Source: the human T2T-CHM13v2.0 reference genome, Homo sapiens
Assembly: GCA_009914755.4 (NCBI GenBank)
Contig: CP068257.2
Coordinates: forward strand, 960,001 to 1,024,000
Reading direction: 5' to 3'
Length of the DNA: 64,000 nucleotides
This document shows positions 1-21,120 of this stretch, piece by piece; within the stretch, counting starts at the first letter, position 1; every line of letters begins with the position of its first letter. A program made the position numbers and the translations under genes. Below the pieces are notes generated by a model. The model made no database searches, was not told the origin of the DNA, and saw only the letters and a program-made list of their open reading frames with translations.

Positions 1-3000
1 ACAGGCACATTGCAATGTTTCTCTGCACTGATCACCTAGGTCATGTAACTTTTGTCTAGGCTCTCTACGATGGCATTGCGACATATCTCTGCACTGATCA
101 TCCAAGTGATGTAACCCTTGTCTAGGATCTAGCTAAATTAACTTTGTGACATAATCCTGTACTGATCATCCAGGTGATGGGCCTTTTGTCTAGGCTCTGC
201 CTAAGGGGGCATTGTGACATATTTCTGCATTGATCACCCAGGTGGCAAACTCTTCTCTTGGATCTGCCTATGGGGGCATTGTGACAAATCTCTGCACTGA
301 TCACCCAGGTGATGTAACTGTTGTGTAACCTCTGCCTACAGGGGAATTGTGAGAGATCTCGCCACTGATCACCCAAGTGATGTAACCATTGTCTAGGCTT
401 TGCGTACAGGGGCTTTGTGACATACCTTTGCACTGATCACCCTGGTGATGTAACACATCTAAGTTCGGCCTAAAGGAGCTTTGTGACATATCTCTGCACT
501 GATCACTTAGGTGATGTAACACTTTTATAAGCACGGCCTACAGGGAATTTTGACAAATCTCTTCACTGATCACCTAGGTGATGTAACTCTTGTCTACCCT
601 CTGTCCAACGGGGCATTGTGAAATATCTCTGCAATGATCAACCAGGTGATTCAACCCTTGACTAGGATCTGCCTATGGAGGTTATTGTGAAATATCTCTG
701 CACTGATAAACTAGGTGGTGTAACCCTTGTCCAAGCCCTGCCTACAGGGGCGTTTTCACATATCCCTGAACTGATGACAAAGGTGATGTAACTCTTGCCT
801 AGGCTTTGTCTACAGGGGATATTGGACATATATTTGCAGTGATCACCCAGGTGATGCAACTGTTGCCTGGGCTTTGCCTACAGGGCACATTGTGACATAT
901 CTCTTCAATGATTACCCATGTGATGCAACTCTTGCCTAGGCTTTGCCTACAGGGGACATTGTGACATATCTCTGCACTGATCTCCCAAGTGCTGTAACTT
1001 TAGTCTAGGCTCTGGCTACACGGCATTGTGATATATCACTGCACTGATCACCCAGGCGATATAACTCTTGTCTAGGCTCTGCCTACAATGGTCTTGTGAC
1101 ACATCTCTGCACTGATCACCCAGGTGATATAACTCTTCTCTAGGATGTGACCACAGGGTGCTTTGTGACATATCCCTGCACTGATCACCCAGGTGATCTA
1201 ACTCTGGTCTAAGCTCTGCCTAAAGGGGCATTGTGACAGATCTCTGCACTGATCACTCAGGTGATGTAACTGTTGTCTAGACTCTGCTTAAAGGGGCCTT
1301 GTCACATATCTCTTCACTGATCACCCAGGTGATGTAACTCTTGTCTAGGCTCTGCTCCCAGGGAATATTGTGACATATCTATGCACTGACCACCTTAGTG
1401 ATGTAACACTTGTGTAGGCGCGGCCTATAGGGGAATCTTGAAATATCTCTGCACTGTTAACCGAGGTGATTTAACTCTTGTCTAGGCTGTGCCCACAGGG
1501 GGATTGAGACATATCTCTGCACTGATCCCGAGGTGATCCAACTCTTGCCTGGTCTCTGCCTACTGGGGACATTGTGACATATCTCTGCACTGAACTCCCA
1601 GTTGCTGTAACTTTATTCTAGGCTCTGGCTACGCGGCATTGTGACATATCACTGCACTGATCACCCAGGTGATATAACTCTTGTCTAGGCTCTGCCTACA
1701 ATGGTCTTGTGACATAACTCTGCACTGATCACCCAGGTTATATAACTCTTCTCTAGGATCTGACCACAGGGGGCTTTGTGACATATCCCTGCAATGATCA
1801 CCCTGGTGATATATCACTTGCCAAGGCTCTGCCTACAGGGGCATTGCAATGTATCTCTGCACTGATCACCTAGGTCTTGTAACTCTTTTCTAGGATCTGC
1901 CTACAGGGTGCTTTGTGACGTATCCCAGCAAGGATTACCCAGGTAATGTACCTCTCATCAAGGCTCTGCCTACAGGCACATTGCGATGTTTCTCTGCACT
2001 GATCACCTATGTCATGTAACATTTGTCTGGGCTCTGCCTACGATGGCATTGTGACATATCTCTGCACTAATCATCCAAGTGATGTAACTCCTGTCTAGGA
2101 TCTGCCTAAACTAACTCTGTGACATAACCCTGTACTGATCATCCAGGTGATGGGGCTTTTGTCTAGGCTCTGCCTAAGGGGGCATTGTGACATATTTCTG
2201 CATTGATCACCCAGGTTGCGAACTCTTCTCTTGGATCTGCCTATGGGGGCATTGTGACAAATCTCTGCACTGATCACCCAGGTGATGTAACTGTTGTGTA
2301 ACCTCTGCCTACAGGGGAATTGTGAGAGATCTCGCCACTGATCACCCAAGTGATGTAACCATTGTCTAGGCTTTGCGTACAGGGGGCTTTGTGACATACC
2401 TTTGCACTGATCACCCAGTTGATGTAACACATCTAAGTTCGGCCTAAAGGAGCTTTGTGACAAACCTCTGCACAGATCACTTAGGTGATGTAATACTTTT
2501 ATAAGCACTGCCTACAGGGAATTTTGGCAAATCTCTGCACTGATCATCTAGGTGATGTAACTCTTTTCTAGGATATGCCTACAGAGGGCGTTGTGACATC
2601 ACTCTGCACGGTTCACCCGGGTTATGTAACCCTGGTCTAGGCTCTGCCTATGGGGCATTGTGACTTATCTCTGCACTGATCACCCCGGAGATGTGACTCT
2701 TTTCTAAGCTCTTCCTAGAGGGACATTTGGACATATCTCTGCACTGATTGCTGAGATGCTGTAAAACTTGTCTACGCTTTGCCTACAGTGGGATTTATGA
2801 CATATCTCTGCACTGATCACCCAGGTGATGTAACTAGTGTCTAGGCTCTGCTTACAGGGAGTATTGTGAGATACCTCTGCACTGACCACACAGGTGATGT
2901 AGCTCTTGTCTCGTCTCTGCCTACAGGGGCATTTTCACATATCACTGCACTAATCACCGAGATGATGTAACTCTTTCATAGGCTTCGCCAACAGGGGGCA

Positions 3001-5310
3001 TTGAGACATACCTCTGCACTGATCACCGAGGTGATGCAACTCTTGTCTGGGATCTGCTTACAGGGGGCATTGTGACATATCTCTGCCCGGATCACCCAGG
3101 TGATGTAACTCTTGTCTAGGCAATGCCTACTGGAGTCAATGTGACATATCTCCGCACTGATCACCCAGGTGATGTCACTTTTGTCAAGGATATGGCTACA
3201 GGGACATTGTGACATGTCACTGCACTGATCACACAGCTGATGTAACTCTTGTCTAGGCTCTGGCTACAGGTGGCTTGTGACACATATCTGCATTGATCAC
3301 CCAGGTGATGTAACCCTTTTCTAGGCTCTGCCAAAAGCGGACATTGTGACATAAATCTGCAATGATCACCCAGGTGTTGGGACTCTTGTCTATGCTCTAC
3401 CTATAGGGGCATTGTGACATATCTCTGCCGTGATCACGCAGGTGATGTAACTCTTCTCTATATGTGCCTACTGGCGGCATGGTGGCATAATTCTGCACTG
3501 ATCAACCAGCTGATGGATCCTTGTCTTGGATCTGCGTCTGGGGGCATAGTGACATATCTCTGCACTGATCACTCATGTGATGTAACACTTGTCTAAGCTG
3601 CGACAAAAGGGGAATTGTGACAGATGTCTCCAGTGATCACCGAGGTGATGTAACAATTTTCTAGGATTTGTCTACAGGGGGCTTTGTGCTATATCTTTGC
3701 ACTGATCACCCAGGAGACGTAACTCTTGTCTAGGCCTGGCCTACAGGGGCTTTGTGACATATTTCTGCACTGATCACCAAGGTGATGTAACACTTGTTTA
3801 GGCTCTGCCTGCATGGGCTTTGTGTCCTATATCTGTACTGATCACCCATGTGTTGTAACTCTTGTCTAGGCTCCACCTACAGGGGCTGTTGTGACGTATC
3901 TCTGCACTGATCACCCAGGTGATGTAACTCTTGTCTAGGCTCCACCTACAGTGGGTATTGTGACGTAACTCTACAGAGATCACCCAGGTTATGTAACTCT
4001 TGTCCACTCTCTGCCTACAGGGTCATTGTGAACTGTCTCTGCACTGTTCACCCAGGTGATGGGACTCTTCTCTATACTCTGCCTGGAGGGGGATTTGTGA
4101 CATATCTCTGCACTGATCACTCAGGTGATGGAAGTCTTGTCTAGGCTCTGTCTATGCGCGCATTGTGTCAAATATCTGCACTGATCACCCAGGTGATGTA
4201 ACTCTTGTCTAGGCTCTGTCTACAGGGATTTTTGTCACATATGACTGCACTGATCACCGAGCTGATGTAAGCCTTGTATGGGCTTTGCATATAGAAGGCT
4301 TTATGACATACCTATGCACTGATCTCTGAGGTGATGCAACTCTTGTCTAGGCACTGCGTACAGGGGACATTGGTACATATCTCTGCACTGATCACCCAGG
4401 TGATGGACTCTTGTCTTAGACCTGCCTACGTGGACATTGTGACACATCTCTGAACTGATCAACCAAGTGATGAAACTCTTGTCTAGGCTCTGCCTACATG
4501 GGCTTTGCGACACATCTCTGCACTGTTCACCCTGGGGAGGGAACTCTTGTCTACGCTCTGCCTACAGGAGGCTTTATGACTTATACCTGCACTGATAACC
4601 TAGTTGATGTAACACTTGTCTAGGCTCTGCCTACATGGGAATTCTCACAAATCTCTGCACTGATCACCCAGGTGATGTAACTCCTCTCTAGGTTCAGCCT
4701 ACAGGAGTGTTTTGACATACCTCTGCACTGATCACCCAGGTGATGTAACCCTTGTCTAAGCTCTGCCTACAGGGGCATTGTGACAGATCTCTCCACTGCT
4801 CACCCAGGTGATGTAACAATTGTCTGGGCTTTGCCTACAGTGGGCTTTGTGATATACATTTCCACTGATCAAACAGGTGATGTAACCCTTGTCAAGGTTC
4901 TGCTTACAGGGGCTTTGTGACATATCTCTGCACTGATCACCCCAGGGAGGAAACACTTGTCTACACTCTGCCTCCTGGAGGCTTTATGACTTATCCCTGC
5001 ACTTATCACTAGGTGATGTAACACTTGTCTAGGCTCTGTCTACACAGCAATTTTCACATATCTCTACAATGATCACCTAAGTGATGTAACCCTTGTCTAG
5101 GTTCAGCCTACTGGGGATTTCTGACATACCTAAGCACTGATCACCTAGGTGACATAAATCATTTCCAGGCTTTTTTTACAGGGAACATTTTGAAATATCT
5201 CTGCACTGATCACCCAAATGATGCAAATCTTCTCTAGGCTCCTCAGGGAGTGGCATTGTGACATATTTATGAACCAATCATCCAGGAGGTGTAACTGTTC
5301 TGCAGGCTGT
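1..5310 (+). repeat. Beta-satellite (68-bp Sau3A/LSau-type) tandem array in forward orientation. Monomers are arranged in a recurring higher-order order.
   Basis: Strict ~68-bp periodicity. Example: 'gcactgatca' at 1041 and 1109. Each monomer has a GATC site ('ctgcactGATCAcccaggtgatgtaactcttgtctaggctctgcctacaggggcattgtgacatatct'). The same family forms the LSau part of canonical D4Z4. Confidence 0.85.
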
Positions 5311-6021
5311 GTCTAAAGAGCGTCGGAAGGTGTTGGGAGAGCCTCAGCCGGAATTTCACGGATGGAGAAGGGCACAGAGAGGCCATCGATCTCCCTTGCA
5401 CGTCAGCTGCGGTGTGCAATGTGTGCAGGTGTAGCCAGGAGGCCGGCAAAGAGAGCTAGAGGTCTGCCTTCCCCCACCAGGCGCTCCATGGTGGCAGCTG
5501 GGAGGCTGCAGGTGGACAGGCGGGCCGGTGACTCTGGCGCAGAGGCGCAGAGGAGGTGAACCGCTGGAAGTTTGTCTGGCCTGGACACCACGCGGGGTCG
5601 GTGTTTCATGGGAAGGGAGTCTCCACCCAGACCCGGAGAGGACGCATTTTCTGGGGGTGGGGTGTGGGTGTGGGGTGGGGGTGTTCAGGCTGGGGTGAGG
5701 TAGTGGAAAGTCATGATAGCTCTGCCCGGGCTCCTCCCACAGCCCAGGCAGCTGCCCGCAAACCCGCGCGTACGCAGTAGGCGGCCCACCTGCTGGTACC
5801 TGGGTCGGCTATGGGATCCCCAGGATGCCCAGGAAAGAATGGCAATTCTCCGCTGTGTGGAGTCTCTCACCGGGCCTAGATCTGGAAGGCAGGAATCCCA
5901 TGCCGGTCAGCCCGGTGGAGGAGGTGTGGGGAAGACATGCCCCTCCACAGCCAGCCAGGTTTTCCCCGCGAAATAGAGGCCACCGCCCTGCCCCGACCCG
6001 ACACCGTCCAAACCTCACGTC

Positions 6022-7470
<1,449 letters not shown>

Positions 7471-8060
7471 CCCCACCCCGGAAGGGTCCCAGGGCGTCGA
7501 GGCCTGCGGCTGGGTGTTGGTGGGTTGGGGGGGGACTGCTTGGTGATGCTCGTGGTGGGGCCGGAGAGACGAAGAGTAAGGGGGCGAGTGGGAATTGGTT
7601 AGGGGGGCGCGTTTTGGTGGCTGGCTCTCCGGACCTCTCCAGGAATCCCGCGGGAACTGGAAGCCGCTCTCTGTGCTCCCATCCATCTTCAGCAGGGAGA
7701 AACCGGCCTGGGAGGATGCAGGGGAGTGTGGAACTGAACCTCCGTGGGAGTCTTGAGAGTTCCAGGACCTCTCTCCGTGAAGGAGGCAGTGCCTGTGCGT
7801 GTCGCCGCTGCCGGGACAGTCTCACACGCGTAGGAGTGTGGCTCTCGTTCATTTCCACGTAGGAGACCAGAGCGAGACCCCAGAGAGAAGATGCCTCCCC
7901 AGCGTGATGGTCTGATGATGGATTCCCGTGTGTGGCAACATGGGGAGTCTGCAGTGTGGCTGGTTTGGAAACTGGCAAGGAGAGCGAAGGCACCATGCGT
8001 GTCTTCAACCCCTCCCTGCATGTTTCCGGGTGCTGCAGAGCTCTGGGAGCAAACAGTCAG

Positions 8061-10634
<2,574 letters not shown>

Positions 10635-12454
10635 ATCTCTGCACTGTTAACCGAGGTGATGTAACTCTTGTTTAGGCTCTGCCTACAGGGGCCTTGTGAC
10701 GTATCTCTGCACTGGTCACCCAGGTGATGTAACTCTTGTCTAGGGTCCACCTACAGGGGGTATTGTGACGTATCTCTGCAGTGAGCACTCAGGTGATGTA
10801 ACATTTATCTAGGCTCTGCCTGCAGGGGAGTTTTGAAATAGCTCTGCACTGATCACCTAGATTATGAAACTTTTGTCCACTCTCTGCCTACAGTGGACAT
10901 TGTGAAATATCTCTTCACTGATCACACGGGTGATGGTACTATTCTCTATACTCTTCCTAGAGGGGGATTTGTGACATATCTCTGCACTGATCACCCAGGT
11001 GATGGAAGTCTTGTCTAGGCTCTCTCTATGGGGACATTGTATCAAATATCTGCACTGATCACCCAGGTGATGTTACTCTTTTCTTGGCTCCACCTACAGG
11101 GGATATTGTGATGTAACTCTACACAGATCACCTAGGTTATGTAACTCTTTTCCACTGTCTGCCTACAGGGTCATTGTGAACTATCTCTGCACTGAGCATC
11201 CAGGTGATAGGACTCTTCTCTATACTCTGCCTGGAGGGGGATTTGTGACATATCTCTGCACTGATCACCCAGGTGATGGAAGTCTTAGCTAAGCTATGTC
11301 TATGGGGGCATTGTGTCAAATATCTGCACTGATCACCCAGGTGATGTATCTCTTTTCTCGGTTCTGTCTACAGGGATTTTTGTCACATATGACTGCACTG
11401 ATCACCTAGGTGATGTAAGCCTTGTATGCACTTTGCCTATAGAAGGCTTTATAACACATCTATGCACTGATCTCTGAGGTGATGCAACTCTTCTCTAGGC
11501 ACTGCCTACACGGGACATTGGTACAAATCTCTGCACTGATCACCCAGGTGATGGACACTTGTCTTAGATCTGCCTAAATGGACATTGTGACATCTCTGAA
11601 CTGATCAACCAAGTGATGAAACTCTTGTCTAGGCTCTGCCTACAGGGGCTTTGTGACACATCTCTGCACTGATCACCCTGGGGAGGGAACTCTTGTCTAT
11701 GCTCTGCCTACAGGAGGCTTTATGACTTATAGCTGCACTGATAACCTAGTTGATTTAACACCTGTCTGGGCTCTGCCTTCACGGGAATTCTCACATATCT
11801 CTGCGCTGATCACCCGGGTGATGTAACCCCTGTCTAGGTTCAGCCTACAGGAACGTTTTGACATATCTCTGCACTGATCACCCAGGTGATGTAACCCTTG
11901 TCTAAGCTCTGCCTACAGGGGCATTGTGACAGATCTCTCCACTGCTCACCCAGGTGATGTAACAATTGTCTGGGCTTTGCCTGCGGGGCTTTGTGATATA
12001 CATTTCCACTGATCAAACAGGTGATGTAACCCTTGTCAAGGTTCTGTTTACAGGGGCTTTGTGACATATCTCTGCACTGATCACCCCAGGGAGGAAACAC
12101 TTGTCTACACTCTGCCTACAGGAGGCTTTACGACTTATCCCTGCACTGATCACTAGGTGAGGTAATACTTGTCTAAGCTCTGTCTACACGGGAATTTTCA
12201 CATATATCTACAATGATCACCTAAGTGATGTAACCCTTGTCTAGATTCAGCCTACCGGGCATTTCTGACATACCTATGCACCGGTCACTGAGGTGATGCA
12301 AATCATTTCCAGGCTTTTTGTACAGGGGACATTGTGATATATCTCTGCACTGATCACCCAAATGATGCAAATCTTCTCTAGGCTCTGCAGGGAGGGGGCA
12401 TTGTGACATATTTCTGAACTGATCATCCAGGAGATGTAACTATTCCCCAGTCTT
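10635..12454 (+). repeat. Beta-satellite array (forward), continuation after the Alu
   Basis: 68-bp periodic monomers. The block ends in the same monomer series that precedes every unit ('...caccccagggaggaaacacttgtctacactctgcc...gatgcaaatcttctctaggct...'). Confidence 0.85.
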
Positions 12455-15225
<2,771 letters not shown>

Positions 15226-18200
15226 ATGACACATCTCTGAACTGATCAACAAAGTGATGTAACACTTGTCTAGGCTCTGCCTACAGGGGTTTTGTGACAT
15301 ATCTCTACACTGATCACCCAGCTGATGGGACATTTGTCTAGGCTATGCCTGTGGGGGCATTGTGACATATCTCTACACTGATCACCCAGGTGATGTAACA
15401 CTTCTGTTGGATCTGCCTATGGGGGCTTAGTGACATATAGCTGCACTGATCACCCAGGTGATGGGACACTTGTCTAGACTCTGCTTATGGGGGATTTGTG
15501 ACATATCTCTGAACTGATCACCCAGGTGATGTAACGCTCGACTAGGCTCTGCCTACGGGGCATAGTGACATATCACTGCATTGATCACCGAGGTGATGTA
15601 ACTCTTGTCCAGGCTCTTCCTATAGGGGGACTTGTGACATATCTCTGCACTGATCATCTAGGTGATGTAACTCTTGCTAAAGCTCTCCCTGCAGGGGCAT
15701 TGTGAAATGTCTCTGCACTGATCACCCAGGTGAAGGGACTCTTCACTAGGCTCTGCCTACTGGGGGCATTGTCACATATTTCTGCACTGATCAAACAGGT
15801 GACGGACTCTTGTCTTGGATTTGCCTTTGGGGGCATTTTGACATATCTCTTCACTGATCACCCACGTGATGTAACTGTGGTCTAAGCTCTGCCTAAAGGG
15901 GCATTGTGACAGATCTCTGCAATGATCACTCAGGTGATGTAACTATTGTCTAGGCTCTGCTTAAGGGGGTCTTGTCACATATCTCTGCACTGATCACCCA
16001 GGTGATGTAACTCTTGTCTAGGCTCTGCTTAAAGGGGGTATTGTGACATATCTCAGCACTGATCACCTAAGTGATGTAACACTTGTGTAGGCTCTGCCTA
16101 CAGGGGCATTTTGACATATATCTGCACTGTTAACCGAGGTGACGTTACTCTTGTCTAGGCTATGCCCACAGGGGGATTGAGACATATCTCTGCACTGATC
16201 CCGAGGTGATCCAACTATTGGCTGGTCTCCACCTACTGGGGACATTGTGACATATTTCTGCACTGATTTCCCAGGTGTTGTAACTTTATTCTAGGCTCTG
16301 GCTACACGGCATTGTGACATATCACTGCACTGATCACCCAGGTGATATAACACTTGTCTAGGCTCTGCCTACAGGGGCATTGCGATGTATCTCTGCACTG
16401 ATCACCTAGGTCATGTAACTCTTGTCTAGGCTCTGCCTACAGTGGCATTGTAACATATCTTTGCACTGATCACCCAGGTGATTCAACTCTTTTCTAGGAT
16501 GTGCCTACAGGGAGTATTGTGAAATATCTCTGCACTGTTCACCTATGTGATGTAACTCTTGTCTAGGCTCTGCCTACAGGAGCGTTTTCACATATCACTG
16601 AACTGATGACAAAGGTGATGTAACTCTTGCCTAGGCTTTGCCTACAGAGGACATTGTGACATATATCTGCACTGATCACCCAGATGATGCAACTCTTCCA
16701 TACGCTTTGCCTACAGGGGACATTGGGACATATCCCTGTACTGATCACCCATGTGATGCAACTCTTCTCTATGCTCTGCCTACAGGGTTCATTGTGACAT
16801 ATTTCTGCACTGATCACCCAGGTGATGTAGCTCTTGTCTAGGCTCCACCTACAGGGAGTATTGTGACATATCTCTGCACTGATCACCCAGGAGATGTAAC
16901 TGTTGTCTAGGCTCCACCTACAGGGGGTATTGTGACGTGTCTCTGCACTGATCACCCAGGTGATGTAACATTTATCTAGGCTCTGCCTACAGGGGCGTTT
17001 TGACAAAGCTCTCCACAGATCACCTAGGTTATGTAACTCTTGTCCACACTCTGCCTACAGGGGGCATTGTGAAATATCTCCGCAATGATCACCCAGGTGA
17101 TGGTACTCTTCTCTATACTCTGCCTATAGAGGGATTTGTGACATATCTCTTCACTGATCACCCAGGTGATTGAAGTCTTGTATATGCTCTGTCTATGGGG
17201 GCATTGTGTCAAATTTCTGCACCAATCACCCGGGTGATGTAACTCTTGTGTAGGCTCTGTCTACAGGGATTTTTGTGACGTATCACTGCACTGATCACCT
17301 AGGTGATGTAAGCCTTGTATGGGCTTTGCATACAGAAGGCTTTGTGACATTTCTATGCACTGATCTCTGAGGTGATGCAACTCTTGTCTAGGCACTGCCT
17401 ACAGGGGACATTGGTACATATCTCTGCACTGATCACCCAGGTGATGGACTCTTGTCTTACATCTGCCTACATGGACATAGTGACATATCTCTGAACTGAT
17501 CAACCAAGTGTTGAAACTCTTGTCTAGGCTCTGCCTACAGGGGCTTTGTGACACATCTCTGCACTGATCACCCTGGGGAGGGAACTCTTGTCAACGCTCT
17601 GCCTACAGGAGGCTTTATGACTTATACCTGCACTGATAACCTAGGTGATGTAACACTTGTCTAGGCTCTGCCTACACAGGAATTCTCACATATCTCTGCA
17701 CTGATCACCCAGGTGATGTAACTCCTGTCTAGGTTCAGACTACAGGTGTGTTTTGAAATATCTCTGCACTGATCACCCAGTTGATGTAATCCTTGTCTAA
17801 GCTCTGCCTACAGGGGCATTGTGACAGATCTCTCCACTGCTCACCCAAGTGATGTAACAATTGCCTGGGCTTTGCCTACAGGGGGCTTTGTGATATACAT
17901 TTCCACTGATCAAACAGGTGATGTAACCCTTTTCAAGGTTCTGCTTACAGCGGCTTTGGTACATATCTCTACACTGATCACCCCAGGGAGGAAACACTTG
18001 TCTACACTCTGCCTACAGGAGGCTTTACTACTTATCCCTGCACTGATCACTAGGTGATATAACACTTGTCTAGGCTCTGTCTACACCAGAATTTTCACAT
18101 ATCTCTACACTGATCACCTAAGTGATGGAACCCTTGTCTAGTTTCAGCCTACTGGGGATTTCTGACATACCTATGCACTGATCACCGAGGTGATTTAAAT

Positions 18201-18344
18201 CATTTCCAGGTTTTTGTACAAGGGACATTGTGATATATCTCTACTCTGATCACCCAAATGATGCAAATCTTCTCTAGGCTCTGCAGGGAGGGGGCATTGT
18301 GACATATTTCTGAACCGATCATCGAGGAGATGTAACTATTCTCC
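15226..18344 (+). repeat. Beta-satellite array (forward; shorter block of ~3.1 kb)
   Basis: 68-bp periodicity. Confidence 0.85.
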
Positions 18345-19049
18345 AGGCTTTGACTAAAGAGCGTCGGAAGGTGTTGGGAGAGCCTCAGCTGGAATTTCAC
18401 GGACGGACAAGGGCACAGAGAGGCCAGTGGGCTCCCTTGCACATCAGCTGGGGTGCGCAATGAGGGCAGGTCTAGCCAGGAGGCCAGCAAATAGAGATAG
18501 AGGTCTGCGTTCCACCGCCAGGCGCTCCGTGGTGTCAGCTGGGAGGTTGCAGGGGCACGGGCGGGCCGGCGACGGTGGCGCGGAGGCACAGAGGAGGCGA
18601 GCCGCCCGAGGGGTGTCAGGCCTGGACGCTGCGTGGGCCCGGTGTTTTGCGGGATGGGGGTCTCCACCCTGCCCAGGAGAGGATGCATTTTCCGGGGGTT
18701 GGGGGGGGTGGGGATGGGGTGGTCAGGCAGGTGTGGGGTGGTGGAAAGGCATGAGATGTCTACCCAGGCTGCTCCCACAGCCCAGGCGGCTGTCCGCAAA
18801 CACGCGCATGTGCAGTAGGTGGCCCACCTGGTGGTACCTGTGCTGGCTCTGGGATCCCCTGGATGCTCAGGAAAGAAGGGCAGTTCTCCACTGTGTGGAG
18901 CCTCTCACCGTGCCTAGACCTAGAAGGCAGGAATCCCAGGCCGGTCAGCCCGGTGGAGGGGGCGGGGTGAAGACATGTCCCTCCATAGCCAGCCCGGTGT
19001 TCCCTGCGAAAGAGAGGCCACTGCCCTGCCCCGACCCGACCCAGTCCCA

Positions 19050-20520
<1,471 letters not shown>

Positions 20521-21120
20521 GGGACAGCCCGCCCCACCCGGGAAGGGTCCCAGGGCATGGAAGCCTGTGGTCATGGTGGGGTGGGTTTGGCGGAGAGGGC
20601 GTGGTGATGGCGGTGGTGGGACCAGAGAGATGAAGAGGAATGGGGCGAAGGGGAAGGGGTGAGGGGGTGCGTTTCGGGGGCTGGCTCTAAGGACGTCTCC
20701 AGGAATCCCGCGGGAACTGGAAGCCACTCTCTGGGCTCCCACGCATCTGCAGCAGGGATAAACCGTCCTGGGAAGGTGGAGGGGAGTGTAGAACTGAACC
20801 TCGGTGGGAGTCTGGAGTGTTCCAGGCCCTCTCTCCGTGAAGGAGGCAGTGCCTCTGGGTGTCGCCGTTGCTGGGACAGTCTCAGACACGCAGGCGTGTG
20901 GGTCTCGTTCATTTCCAAGTAGGTGACCAGAGCGAGACCCCAGAGAGAAGATGCCTCTCTGGCGTGATGGCCTTACGATGGATTCCCGTGTGCGGCAACA
21001 TGGGGAGTCTGCAGAGTGGCCGGTTTGGAAACTGGCAAGGAGAGCGAAGGCACCATGCCGGTCTTCCACCCTTCCCTGCATGTTTCCGGGTGCCCGCAGA
21101 GCTCTGGGAGCAAACAGTCA

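Noticed and set aside
1-5310. Possible CRISPR-like array (regular short direct repeats)
   Set aside because: There is no repeat-spacer alternation. The whole 68-bp period is conserved, with no unique spacers. No cas-like genes are present. The window is primate nuclear DNA (Alu, DUX4 homeobox), so this is satellite DNA.
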